64,000 nt of DNA from an uncultured Smithella sp. (GCA_964394715.1 CAYMYR010000001.1:24895-88894); one strand, 5' to 3'; counted from the stretch's first letter, positions 36,696 to 45,323 are shown. Numbers and translations: made by a program. The notes: generated by a model from the sequence alone, not told the origin.

Positions 36696-38243
36696 ATGCA
36701 GGAAAATCGATTCAAGGAAGCTCTATTGAACCCCTCCGTATTCCCGGTCACCTGGGAGCTTGTTCCGGGAAGAGGCGCCAGGGAAGACGCGCAGGATAAA
36801 GCCCTGGCTCTGGCCGGGCAGGCTGTTTCCAACAGCCAGATTTTTGCCCTGACACTCACGGACAACCCGGGAGGGACCCCTGCCATGTCCGCCGATTTTA
36901 TGGGTAGTGAAATTGTCCGTCTGGGCATCGAACCCCTCGTCCATTTTACCTGCAAAGACAAGAACCGTAATGCCATAGAAAGCAGCCTGTACGCCCTGGA
37001 TCGCGCTGGTGTCCGGAACCTGCTGGTCATGAGCGGCGATTACCCGGTATCAGGCTACCAGGGAAGGCCCGCGCCTGTCTTTGATCTGGATCCGATTCAT
37101 GTTCTGCAGTTGATATCGGAGATGAACAAAGGGCTTGAATATCCGGGCATGAAAGGCACCATTCGTCACCAGCCAGCCGATTTTTTTGCCGGTGCAGTGG
37201 TCTCTCCCTTCAAGGCAACAGAAGCGGAGCAGCTCCTCCAGTACAGCAAACTGAAAAAAAAGATCGAAGCCGGCGCGCAATTTATCGTTACACAGCTGGG
37301 CTACGATGCCAGAAAATTTCATGAAGTGCTGCTGTACATGAAACAAAACGGTTTCAGTATTCCGCTGATCGGAAACATCTACATCCTGCCGTTCGGCGCG
37401 GCCAAAATGATGAACCGCAACGATCTGCCCGGATCAGTCGTCACCGACAAACTTCTTGCAGACCTGGATCGCGAGCGGAATGACCCCGATAAAGGCCAAG
37501 GTGCCAGAATCCTGCGCGCCGCCAGAATGTATGCCATTCTCAAAGGCATGGGCTTCAGCGGCGTGCACATCGGAGGACACAACATCAAATACGAACAGGT
37601 TGATGCAATCGTCGAGATGGGAGAATCTCTCGCATTGCAATGGAAAGACCTGGTGCGGTATTTCGATTACCCTATCGACGGCGGATTTTATTACTATGAA
37701 AAGGATCCGGAAACGGGCCTCAACCGCGAAGCCCCTGTTAAACTATCGGATCAGCTGCCTGATGTTAAAATCGGATGCTCCTACGGATTCTCCCGCTTCT
37801 TCCACCGGTTCATGTACGAACCCGGGAAAAATCTTTACGGCTTCATGAAGAGCCTGAGCGGTAAAGTGCACGCGACGAAAATGGAGGGTCCCTTTCACAA
37901 GTTGGAGCACTTGACCAAGGTTGTGCTTTTTGACTGCAGGGATTGCGGAGACTGCGCCCTCATTGACGTCGCCTATCTCTGCCCGATGTCGCAATGCCCG
38001 AAAAACCAGCGTAACGGCGCCTGCGGCGGAAGCTACAAAGGTTGGTGTGAAGTCTATCCCGGAAAGAGGCATTGCATTTATGTCCGCGCCTATGCCAGGC
38101 TGAAAAAATATGGTGAGGAAGAACAACTATCCCGGGAAATTGTCCCCCCCTGCAACTGGGATCTTTACCAAACGTCCTCCTGGATCAATTACTATCTGGG
38201 AAAGGACCATACCTCCAGAAAGCAGAGCGACAAATCCTCCTGA
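36696..38243 (+). CDS. metF: methylenetetrahydrofolate reductase fused to a C-terminal MetV-like (MTHFR_C, Cys-rich) domain
   Basis: The MTHFR core reads TWELVPGRG...LTLTDNPGG...HFTCKDKNRN...LLVMSGDYP...FIVTQLGYD. The C-terminal region reads FDCRDCGDCALIDVAYLCPMSQCPKNQRNGACGG...WCEV. The start is the ATG at 36696 (MQENRF), after AAGGA. Confidence 0.85.
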   Translation: MQENRFKEALLNPSVFPVTWELVPGRGAREDAQDKALALAGQAVSNSQIFALTLTDNPGGTPAMSADFMGSEIVRLGIEPLVHFTCKDKNRNAIESSLYALDRAGVRNLLVMSGDYPVSGYQGRPAPVFDLDPIHVLQLISEMNKGLEYPGMKGTIRHQPADFFAGAVVSPFKATEAEQLLQYSKLKKKIEAGAQFIVTQLGYDARKFHEVLLYMKQNGFSIPLIGNIYILPFGAAKMMNRNDLPGSVVTDKLLADLDRERNDPDKGQGARILRAARMYAILKGMGFSGVHIGGHNIKYEQVDAIVEMGESLALQWKDLVRYFDYPIDGGFYYYEKDPETGLNREAPVKLSDQLPDVKIGCSYGFSRFFHRFMYEPGKNLYGFMKSLSGKVHATKMEGPFHKLEHLTKVVLFDCRDCGDCALIDVAYLCPMSQCPKNQRNGACGGSYKGWCEVYPGKRHCIYVRAYARLKKYGEEEQLSREIVPPCNWDLYQTSSWINYYLGKDHTSRKQSDKSS

Positions 38244-38292
38244 CGATTTTATTCATTGAAGATTATAACAGGATATAGTAAAAAACCCGCGT

Positions 38293-38369
38293 GGGCGATT
38301 AGCTCAGTTGGATAGAGTACTGGCCTCCGAAGCCAGGTGCCGTGAGTTCGAGTCTCACATCGCCCACCA
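38293..38369 (+). tRNA. tRNA-Arg (anticodon CCG), CCA encoded
   Basis: The sequence is GGGCGATTAGCTCAGTTGGATAGAGTACTGGCCTCCGAAGCCAGGTGCCGTGAGTTCGAGTCTCACATCGCCCACCA. The acceptor stem GGGCGAT pairs with ATCGCCC. The anticodon stem CTGGC/GCCAG closes the loop CTCCGAA, and the T-arm is GTGAGTTCGAGTCTCAC. Confidence 0.95.
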
Positions 38370-38532
38370 ATATAATCAAGCTGTTACTGCTATTTAAAGT
38401 CTGCAGATATCTATGCCAAATTCTTCTAAAAGTGAAATTTCCCTTGAGCATTGATATCAAACACAAATTTATTTGCGATAAAAAAGCTTGTATGAATTCA
38501 ACACAAAAATTTATCCAGGGGATTATTAAGCA

Positions 38533-39543
38533 TTGAAACTGATTATCCAGATACCGTGCTTCAATGAAGAAGAAACGCTCTCTGTTACACTTTCGGCGCT
38601 TCCCCGCACCATTCCCGGATTTGATTCGGTCGAGTGGCTGATCATTGACGACGGCAGCATGGATAAGACCGTCGAAGTTGCAAAAGCCTATGGTGTCGAC
38701 CATATTATTCGCCATGTGGGCAACATGGGGCTGGCAAGGGCATTCAGGACAGGAATTGACGCCTGTTTGCAATTAGGGGCGGATGTCATCGTCAACACGG
38801 ATGCGGATAATCAATACAACGCTGATGACATCCCGGCTCTTGCCCTGCCCATCCTCCAGCATCGTGCTGATTTAGTAATCGGCATCCGCCCGATTTCATC
38901 CATAGAGGATTTTTCACAGCTCAAAAAAATACTGCAAAAGTTGGGCAGCTGGGTCGTACGTCTGGCAAGCAAAACAGATGTTCCGGACGCAACCAGCGGT
39001 TTTCGGGCCATGAGCCGCTCCGCGGCACAACACATGATGGTATTCAATAATTACACCTACACACTGGAAACCATCATCCAGGCAGGGCATAAAAACATGG
39101 CCATAATTTCCGTACCGATCCGGGTAAACAAACAGCTTCGGCCATCGCATCTGATCAAAAGCGTCCCTTCCTATATCATGAAAAGCATTTTTACAATTTT
39201 TCGTATTTTTATAATCTACAGGCCTTTTCTCTTTTTTGGAACAATTGGCGCTTCACTTTTTCTCGCCGGCTTTCTGATTGGATTGCGTTTCCTCTGGAAA
39301 TACATAGGAGGTGAAGGAAGCGGCCATATTCAGTCCCTGATATTGTCGTCCATCCTTCTGGGCATGGGGTTCCAGACTTTTCTCATATCATTTATTGCGG
39401 ATCTGTTGTCGGCAAACCGTAAACTGCTGGAAGATATCCGATTCAGAACTTACCAGTTGAAAACAGATGAAAACATCGTTGGAACCAGTCCAAAAGACGT
39501 TAGCAATCATAGTGATTCTTCTAAAAACCAGAAAGCACTTTGA
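38533..39543 (+). CDS. family-2 glycosyltransferase with C-terminal TM helices (polyprenyl-phosphate sugar synthase type: GtrB/ArnC/DPM1-like)
   Basis: The protein reads IIQIPCFNEEETL...LIIDDGSMDKT...NTDADNQY...TSGFRA. Two C-terminal TM segments follow (FLFFGTIGASLFLAGFLIG.., LILSSILLGMGFQTFLISFIADLL). It uses a TTG start and the RBS is poor. Confidence 0.8.
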   Translation: MKLIIQIPCFNEEETLSVTLSALPRTIPGFDSVEWLIIDDGSMDKTVEVAKAYGVDHIIRHVGNMGLARAFRTGIDACLQLGADVIVNTDADNQYNADDIPALALPILQHRADLVIGIRPISSIEDFSQLKKILQKLGSWVVRLASKTDVPDATSGFRAMSRSAAQHMMVFNNYTYTLETIIQAGHKNMAIISVPIRVNKQLRPSHLIKSVPSYIMKSIFTIFRIFIIYRPFLFFGTIGASLFLAGFLIGLRFLWKYIGGEGSGHIQSLILSSILLGMGFQTFLISFIADLLSANRKLLEDIRFRTYQLKTDENIVGTSPKDVSNHSDSSKNQKAL

Positions 39544-40190
39544 TGGAAATAAAAATTGCGGAAGGTGTAAAAGAAAACGGATTTTTCGTCGGAAATGTAT
39601 CCAACAAGTATGCTTCCGGAAACCCTCTCATCAAATGGATGATGAAAGGGTTTGAATCGTCTCTCTTTTCTCTGGTTGACAGGGCGTCTCCTGAATCAAT
39701 CCATGAAATAGGATGTGGCGAAGGCTACTGGGTATTGCGGTGGAATGAACATGGCCTACAGGCCCGGGGATGTGATTTTTCAAAAAAGGTCATTGAAATT
39801 GCAAGCGAGAACGCCCGGCGCCTGAAGCTTTCACCTTCCCTTTTTAAAACACGCAGTATATACGATCTGGATGCAGCCCAGGACAGCGCCGATCTTGTCG
39901 TCTGCTGTGAAGTGCTTGAACATTTACATCATCCGGATGCCGGACTGCAGGCACTGCAGAGGATCGTGGGCAGGTATTTGATCGTCAGCGTTCCAAGGGA
40001 ACCATTCTGGCGCGTGCTTAATCTTGCCCGTGGTAAATATATCTCAAATTGGGGCAACACACCAGGGCACCTTCAGCATTGGTCGAAAAAACGTTTCATC
40101 AAGCTGGTCTCCAGGTATTTTGAAGTGGTAGAAATGCGAAACCCGTTGCCGTGGATCATGCTTCTTTGTCGATCACGGAACCTCGCATGA
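39543..40190 (+). CDS. class I SAM-dependent methyltransferase
   Basis: Motif I is IHEIGCGEGYW and the post-I/II region is DLVVCCEVLEHLHHP. The start overlaps the upstream stop (TGATG). Confidence 0.8.
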   Translation: MEIKIAEGVKENGFFVGNVSNKYASGNPLIKWMMKGFESSLFSLVDRASPESIHEIGCGEGYWVLRWNEHGLQARGCDFSKKVIEIASENARRLKLSPSLFKTRSIYDLDAAQDSADLVVCCEVLEHLHHPDAGLQALQRIVGRYLIVSVPREPFWRVLNLARGKYISNWGNTPGHLQHWSKKRFIKLVSRYFEVVEMRNPLPWIMLLCRSRNLA

Positions 40191-41074
40191 ATAATAATTT
40201 ACGCCGTTCACTCGACTGGCTCGGAACCGCACTGGCTCTGACCGGAATTGTCTTTGTAACCTTCCGGATCAAAGAGTATTACAGCCGTATCCATTTTTCG
40301 CAAATCACACCGGCAGACTGGGCTGCGATTTTCGGACTTGCCTTACTCTATGGATTGGCCAATTTGCTGCTTGCATCGTCCTGGCGACGATTACTGGCAC
40401 AGTTTGGAGTGAATGCAACAAGATGGTGGGCCATTAGAATTTACGGAGTATCTCAACTGGCCAAATATATCCCCGGCAATATTTTTCATCTTGCCTCAAG
40501 ACAGGCAACCGGAATGGCCAATGGGGTGTCGGGTGGAATTCTGGTAAAAACAGCTTTTTGGGAACTTGGTCTGCTTGCCGTATCCGGCGCGATATATGGT
40601 TGGCTGGTTTTACCTTTGCTTATCCCGGATTTCCCGATCTTGTTGAGTCTTTGTCTCTGGACCGGTACGATATTGATTGTTATGTATGGACTGCATCAAA
40701 TCATTGGCCGGAAAGTGGCGGTGTCATTCTTGATGGAAGTGCTGTTTTTGGCATTTTCCGGCGGCGTATTTGCCATTCTCCTTGTACTCATTCATGTTGG
40801 ATCAGAAATTCAAACACAGACCTGGCTGCTTATCGGAGGGGTATATATTGTTGCCTGGCTTGCAGGTTTTATCACCCCCGGGGCGCCGGCCGGATTGGGA
40901 ATCCGTGAAACGGTATTACTCTTTCTGCTGAGCGGTTTTTTGATGGAAGCGGATCTGCTCATGGCGGTTTTGTTGGGCCGGCTAATCACGGTGGTGGGTG
41001 ACCTCTTGTTTTTTTTATCTTCATTTCTGATTCCGGCAAGACTTTGCGCCCTTGAGAATCACGAAGGATTGTAA
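40187..41074 (+). CDS. UPF0104 / lysylphosphatidylglycerol-synthase-TM-like ('flippase-like') membrane protein
   Basis: The protein is about 295 aa with 8 TM helices. Characteristic segments are W..LL......R.......Y..SQLAKYIPGN.FH...R and PGAPAGLGIRE. The ATGA overlaps the methyltransferase stop. Confidence 0.65.
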   Translation: MNNNLRRSLDWLGTALALTGIVFVTFRIKEYYSRIHFSQITPADWAAIFGLALLYGLANLLLASSWRRLLAQFGVNATRWWAIRIYGVSQLAKYIPGNIFHLASRQATGMANGVSGGILVKTAFWELGLLAVSGAIYGWLVLPLLIPDFPILLSLCLWTGTILIVMYGLHQIIGRKVAVSFLMEVLFLAFSGGVFAILLVLIHVGSEIQTQTWLLIGGVYIVAWLAGFITPGAPAGLGIRETVLLFLLSGFLMEADLLMAVLLGRLITVVGDLLFFLSSFLIPARLCALENHEGL

Positions 41075-41211
41075 TAAAGAAGTAAGGGGATTTCTTTGCT
41101 CAGACAAGAGACAACATGACTTTCTCTTTCAAACCTGAAAGAGAAAAAAAGATAAGCCGTGAAACGGCGTACTGAAAAGAAAACACTTTCATTAATGCTT
41201 TAGGAGTGTCT

Positions 41212-41787
41212 ATGAAAAAATGTCCATATTGTTTGAAAGAGATTCAAAATGAAGCATTAAAATGCGCACACTGCGGGAAACTACTCAATTCACCAACAGG
41301 CTTGCGGGAAATCTGGAACAGGTACTGGGGATATATCATATCCGTCCCCGTGGTGATCATATGCGTCGCATTTATTATTTTATCTATCGCGGATTTGAGC
41401 AAAGAAAACTCTGGACAACCGGCAGAAACGAAAAAGCCAACTTTAAAGCAGCAAACCAAACCTTCAGCCAATGCTTCCCGGCCGGTATCCTGGCAAAAAG
41501 GCATAACGCCAGAGGCCCTGCAAGGTTTAACTGATGAACAATTTAAAAGAATTGTAGACCGGAATCCCGAACTTTCCAGGGCAGGCGTCCGGTATGATAT
41601 CCACAACGGCAAGATGATGCGTTATATTCCCAGCGCGGAAAAACTGGCATCGATAGGTGCTCAACAGCAAACCGTTAATGATGAAGTATACCATAATCCG
41701 AAGGCCGCAGCAGATGCTGAAAATGTAAAACACCGGGAAGAATTGCACCGGAAGCAGATTCAGCAGCTCAAAGAACTTTACCGATAA
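41212..41787 (+). CDS. zinc-ribbon, single-pass membrane protein, function unknown
   Basis: It starts MKKCPYCLKEIQNEALKCAHCGK (CxxC-N10-CxxC). One TM helix follows (YIISVPVVIICVAFIILSI), then a charged C-terminal region with a coiled-coil-like end. An AGGAG RBS is present. Confidence 0.6.
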   Translation: MKKCPYCLKEIQNEALKCAHCGKLLNSPTGLREIWNRYWGYIISVPVVIICVAFIILSIADLSKENSGQPAETKKPTLKQQTKPSANASRPVSWQKGITPEALQGLTDEQFKRIVDRNPELSRAGVRYDIHNGKMMRYIPSAEKLASIGAQQQTVNDEVYHNPKAAADAENVKHREELHRKQIQQLKELYR

Positions 41788-41889
41788 GAAGTGCATGAAG
41801 ATGAACCAAAAGATGTGAAATATGCAACATGTTCACCCTGGTAAATAGCCAGCTATTGACGCCATACTAAACACCATAATCGGTCAGCT

Positions 41890-43320
41890 ATGGAGAAGTC
41901 TCTTACTACGCCCGGTGCACGAGAATTTATTGCCATAACCGTTGTGTCCGCTCTTATGGCATGCAGCATTTTTTTCAGTTTAGTGAACCGTGAACCCATC
42001 ACCGGCGACGGGCTTGATCATTTAACAATTGCCTATAATATCATCCATAATTCATCCTTTTCGTCAGGCAGTCCGGAAAAACCGGACATGACCAGGGAAC
42101 CGGCATGGCCGTTACTGGCAGCGGGCGTTATTCTTATTGCTTCGTTAGAGAATATTCCTGTCGACGCACTATCCTCCCGTTACTTTTACATATGGAAAAT
42201 CATCAACATCTTCCTTTATTCCATATCCATCGGGCTTGCGGCGGCATACCTTTTTTTCAAAACTGGAAGCAGGGTTTTTCTCGGCCTCTTGCTGATGGTC
42301 TCCCTGCTTCTTTTTGGCACCATGCCCAGGCTGATCAATAACTTTAACAATGAAGCGCTCGCCGCTTTTCTAGTTCTCGTCAGCTCCATGATCTTCTTTG
42401 AAATGATGAAAGGCAGGCTGATGGATTCACGATATTTAGCCCCGGTTTTGCTTGGTACATGCCTGGGATTCCTTTCTTTAACCAAGGCACAATTTCTTTA
42501 CATATCCATCCCGCTTATGATTGTTTTGTTTGTAAACAACAAACAAAAAGCTTTGATCCTTTTATTGGCATTGTTTGTTGTCACAGCCCCGTGGCTGTAT
42601 AGAAACTATACCTTTTTTGATGATCCGGCGATTGCCAAACGGGGGAAAATTGTCGCTTCGGTAAGATTGGTTTTGACGGCAGAGCCCACTTCCCGTGAGC
42701 ATTTGTGTATGGCCTATGCTTTTTCCCATCCGGCAATTCAACCATATCTGGAATCTTTTTTAGACATTACGCAACGAGATTTTTTTCAAGGCGGAAAATG
42801 CCAGAAGCTGAACCGCGAAATCTGCTTTGACATGGGTTCGAAACGCGTCAACTGCTCCCCTTTTCCTCAAGATGCCTATCATCCCGAATGGACATCGAAA
42901 TTCCAATACTTTTACAGAGGTTATTATGCCGGAGTCCTGATGGAAAAAAACCGGGCAGGATTTACAGACATCACCCGGTTTGATTCAAGTTTTTTTAAAA
43001 ACTACTTAAAGACGCTTCCGCTGTTTGCATGGCGGGGATTTGCATTCGGTGATTATCCGTTACTCAGTGTACTGATCTCTCTTTCTGCTTTCGGACTTCT
43101 ATTCACATCGTGCTGGCCCTTTGCAATTCTGTGTGCCTCTTCTCAACTTTTTCATATCTTCTTCACTCATAACATCCCGCGTTATCACGCTGTTGAATTT
43201 CCGGTTATGATTTTTTCTGCGGTCTATTTAATCTGGTTATTCTGGCGGAAACATCTTCGGTTTATGGACTTGTCTGACGTAAAATCATTTTGCAGGAAGA
43301 AAACCGATTCCCCGGATTGA
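41890..43320 (+). CDS. large polytopic membrane protein, GT-C-type glycosyltransferase candidate (ArnT/PMT, GT39/GT83-like)
   Basis: The protein is 476 aa with about 11-13 TM helices. The first periplasmic loop has an acidic motif (ITGDGLDHLTIAYN). A large soluble loop (about aa 245-370) carries 4 Cys. The topology and its context next to a GT2 polyprenyl-P-sugar synthase fit GT-C, but no family-specific motif is verified. Confidence 0.5.
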   Translation: MEKSLTTPGAREFIAITVVSALMACSIFFSLVNREPITGDGLDHLTIAYNIIHNSSFSSGSPEKPDMTREPAWPLLAAGVILIASLENIPVDALSSRYFYIWKIINIFLYSISIGLAAAYLFFKTGSRVFLGLLLMVSLLLFGTMPRLINNFNNEALAAFLVLVSSMIFFEMMKGRLMDSRYLAPVLLGTCLGFLSLTKAQFLYISIPLMIVLFVNNKQKALILLLALFVVTAPWLYRNYTFFDDPAIAKRGKIVASVRLVLTAEPTSREHLCMAYAFSHPAIQPYLESFLDITQRDFFQGGKCQKLNREICFDMGSKRVNCSPFPQDAYHPEWTSKFQYFYRGYYAGVLMEKNRAGFTDITRFDSSFFKNYLKTLPLFAWRGFAFGDYPLLSVLISLSAFGLLFTSCWPFAILCASSQLFHIFFTHNIPRYHAVEFPVMIFSAVYLIWLFWRKHLRFMDLSDVKSFCRKKTDSPD

Positions 43321-43577
43321 TTAAATGGAGATTCTCATCCCTTATTATTGACGTTGGCATCATTGAATGTAAACTTGTCATGCCTCTGATGAAAAGCTGT
43401 CTTCGTGCCAACATGCCTGCCTCGTCCCTGCATTTCTGATAATTTCAAAAATATTATTTATTATGATATGTTAAAAAAACGGCTGACAATCTTTGTTTTT
43501 GACGAAACATCTATTGAACTTGTCAAGATTATGTCATAGTGAAATGAGAATGATATAAAACAAAGGAGAATGAGTTT

Positions 43578-44891
43578 ATGAGGAAATGCTTTATCCTGTT
43601 GACATTGGTTATAATGCTGTCGTCTTATTCAGGAACCGCCTCGGGAGGGACGGAGGATTATTGTAGTACTTTCTATGGTGATGGTGCCGGAAGCAGTAAT
43701 GTTTGCACCTGGCCTGCGTCAGGTGCAGCAAACACCTTTATCGGAAAAAATGCCGGCCAGGCTAACATCGTAGGTAGCGCCAATACATTCCTTGGATTTT
43801 ATGCCGGTTCCAAAACAACCGCTTCTTCGAACACATTCATAGGGTATTATTCTGGAACTTCCAACACCACCGGAGAACGCAACACCTTTATGGGAAATTT
43901 TAGCGGCTTCGAAAACACCACTGGTGCATATAACACATTTCTTGGAAGTTATGCCGGCAATAACAACACTACCGGCGCCTATAATATTTTTATCGGGCCA
44001 TCGGCCGGTGCTGCAAATTCCGTTGAAAATTATAACACCTTAATTGGATTTAATGCCAATATTGACGGAACATCAGACTCGGTCACTAACGCTACCGCCA
44101 TCGGAAACAAAGCCTACGTTTCTCAGTCCAACAGCCTGGTACTGGGCAGCATTAAATATGTGAACAGTTCGACAGTGAGCACAAACGTCGGAATCGGAAC
44201 TTCCGCTCCGGTCAGACAGCTGCATGTTGTCGGCGAACAGGCGGTTTTCCGCATGGACCGGCCGACAGATACCGCGGCTTTCATGCTGGTGCGCACGGAT
44301 GAAAGCGGGGATCCCCTGAAAACGTTTGTTGTGGGAGCCAACGCCTCCGGGTCCAACTCTGGCAGTTTTGTCATCAACGACCTGGGAACAGCCGTTTCGG
44401 GAGCGGGCACCCGTCGGATGACAATAGATAATAACGGTATTGCCACATTTACCAATTCGGTTTATGCGCTGTCTTTTGTTCCCACGAGTTCTCTTGTTTA
44501 TAAAACCAATGTCAAAACTTACGAAAACGCACTGGAGACTGTGAAAAAACTCCGGGGAGTGAGCTTCAACTGGAAAGAAAGCGGAAAGTCTTCTGTGGGA
44601 TTAATTGCGGAAGAAGTGGACAAAGTGATTCCGGAGGTTGTTGCGCATAGCGATAAAGACGCTACCGGTGTGAATTATGACAGCCTGGTCGGAGTGCTGG
44701 TGGAAGCGATCAAGGAACAGGACATGAAGCATCAAGCCGAAATGAGGGAACTACAGATGGTCATTCAAGAGCAGCAGAATGCCATCCAGGAATTGCAGGA
44801 ACAGCAGAAGATGAACACTGCTCTTTCCAGAAAGGTGGCGGACCTTGAACAGATATTGATCATGTCCAATACCGTGTCAAAAGCAGATTGA
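43578..44891 (+). CDS. secreted fibre/adhesin-like protein: tandem 16-18-aa NTFxGxxAGxxNTTGxx repeats + Peptidase_S74 intramolecular-chaperone domain + C-terminal coiled coil
   Basis: It has a signal peptide (MRKCFILLTLVIMLSSYSGTASG). About 8 tandem repeats follow (NTFIGKNAGQANIVGSA / NTFLGFYAGSKTTASS / NTFIGYYSGTSNTTGER / NTFMGNFSGFENTTGAY / NTFLGSYAGNNNTTGAY ...). The S74-like region is SSLVYKTNVKTYENALETVKKLRGVSFNWKE...VGLIAEEVDKVIPEVV...VNYDSLVGVLVEAIKEQ. Confidence 0.8.
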   Translation: MRKCFILLTLVIMLSSYSGTASGGTEDYCSTFYGDGAGSSNVCTWPASGAANTFIGKNAGQANIVGSANTFLGFYAGSKTTASSNTFIGYYSGTSNTTGERNTFMGNFSGFENTTGAYNTFLGSYAGNNNTTGAYNIFIGPSAGAANSVENYNTLIGFNANIDGTSDSVTNATAIGNKAYVSQSNSLVLGSIKYVNSSTVSTNVGIGTSAPVRQLHVVGEQAVFRMDRPTDTAAFMLVRTDESGDPLKTFVVGANASGSNSGSFVINDLGTAVSGAGTRRMTIDNNGIATFTNSVYALSFVPTSSLVYKTNVKTYENALETVKKLRGVSFNWKESGKSSVGLIAEEVDKVIPEVVAHSDKDATGVNYDSLVGVLVEAIKEQDMKHQAEMRELQMVIQEQQNAIQELQEQQKMNTALSRKVADLEQILIMSNTVSKAD

Positions 44892-44915
44892 TGGATCATT
44901 GAACAAACTGGTTGA

Positions 44916-45090
44916 TCCCCCGTCCTACCAGACTGTGTCGTAATTAGAGAAAATGTCATAACCCTTCGGGTCACGCGTTCCGAACGTATGTGAGGAATCT
45001 TAATGCATTGTATTTATTGAAAACAAGATTTCTCGCTTCGCTTCGAAATGACAAACAATTGAATTATGACACAGTCTGTCCGGGCGGGGA
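44916..45090. mobile_element. MITE-like element, copy 1 (imperfect terminal inverted repeats, about 175 bp)
   Basis: The left end is tcccccgtcctacCAGACTGTGTCgTAATT and the right end is AATTaTGACACAGTCTGtccgggcgggga (core 17/18 complementary). The interior contains tttctcgcttcgcttcgaaatgaca, a common palindromic-repeat fragment. There is no ORF. Confidence 0.6.
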
Positions 45091-45169
45091 CAAACTGATC
45101 ATCATGGATATCTGATTTCTTGAAAGTTATGTTGTGACCGACAACCTGCATTTTGAAGTCATTATTAAA

Positions 45170-45198
45170 TTGACTTACAGGATTTAATTTCCTATATC
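45170..45198 (+). promoter_or_regulatory. candidate sigma70 promoter for the lytic transglycosylase gene
   Basis: The sequence is TTGACT (45170-45175), a 17-nt spacer, then TATATC (45193-45198). Confidence 0.35.
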
Positions 45199-45323
45199 AT
45201 ATCCGCAAAAAGGGAACAGCAGTTTCAGGACTGCATTACCCTGAGAAAAACTATCTTACAATACCAATGAAGGATTACTGTTCCTGCAAAAATCATCATT
45301 GTTTATTGTTTAAGGAATTGCTC

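Noticed and set aside
38299-38772. A 157-aa minus-strand ORF.
   Set aside because: It overlaps the tRNA-Arg gene and the start of the GT2 gene, so it is spurious.
43578-44891. A prophage remnant suggested by the tail-fibre-type S74 domain.
   Set aside because: There are no capsid, terminase, baseplate, lysis or integrase genes nearby. S74 chaperone domains also occur in non-phage secreted bacterial proteins.
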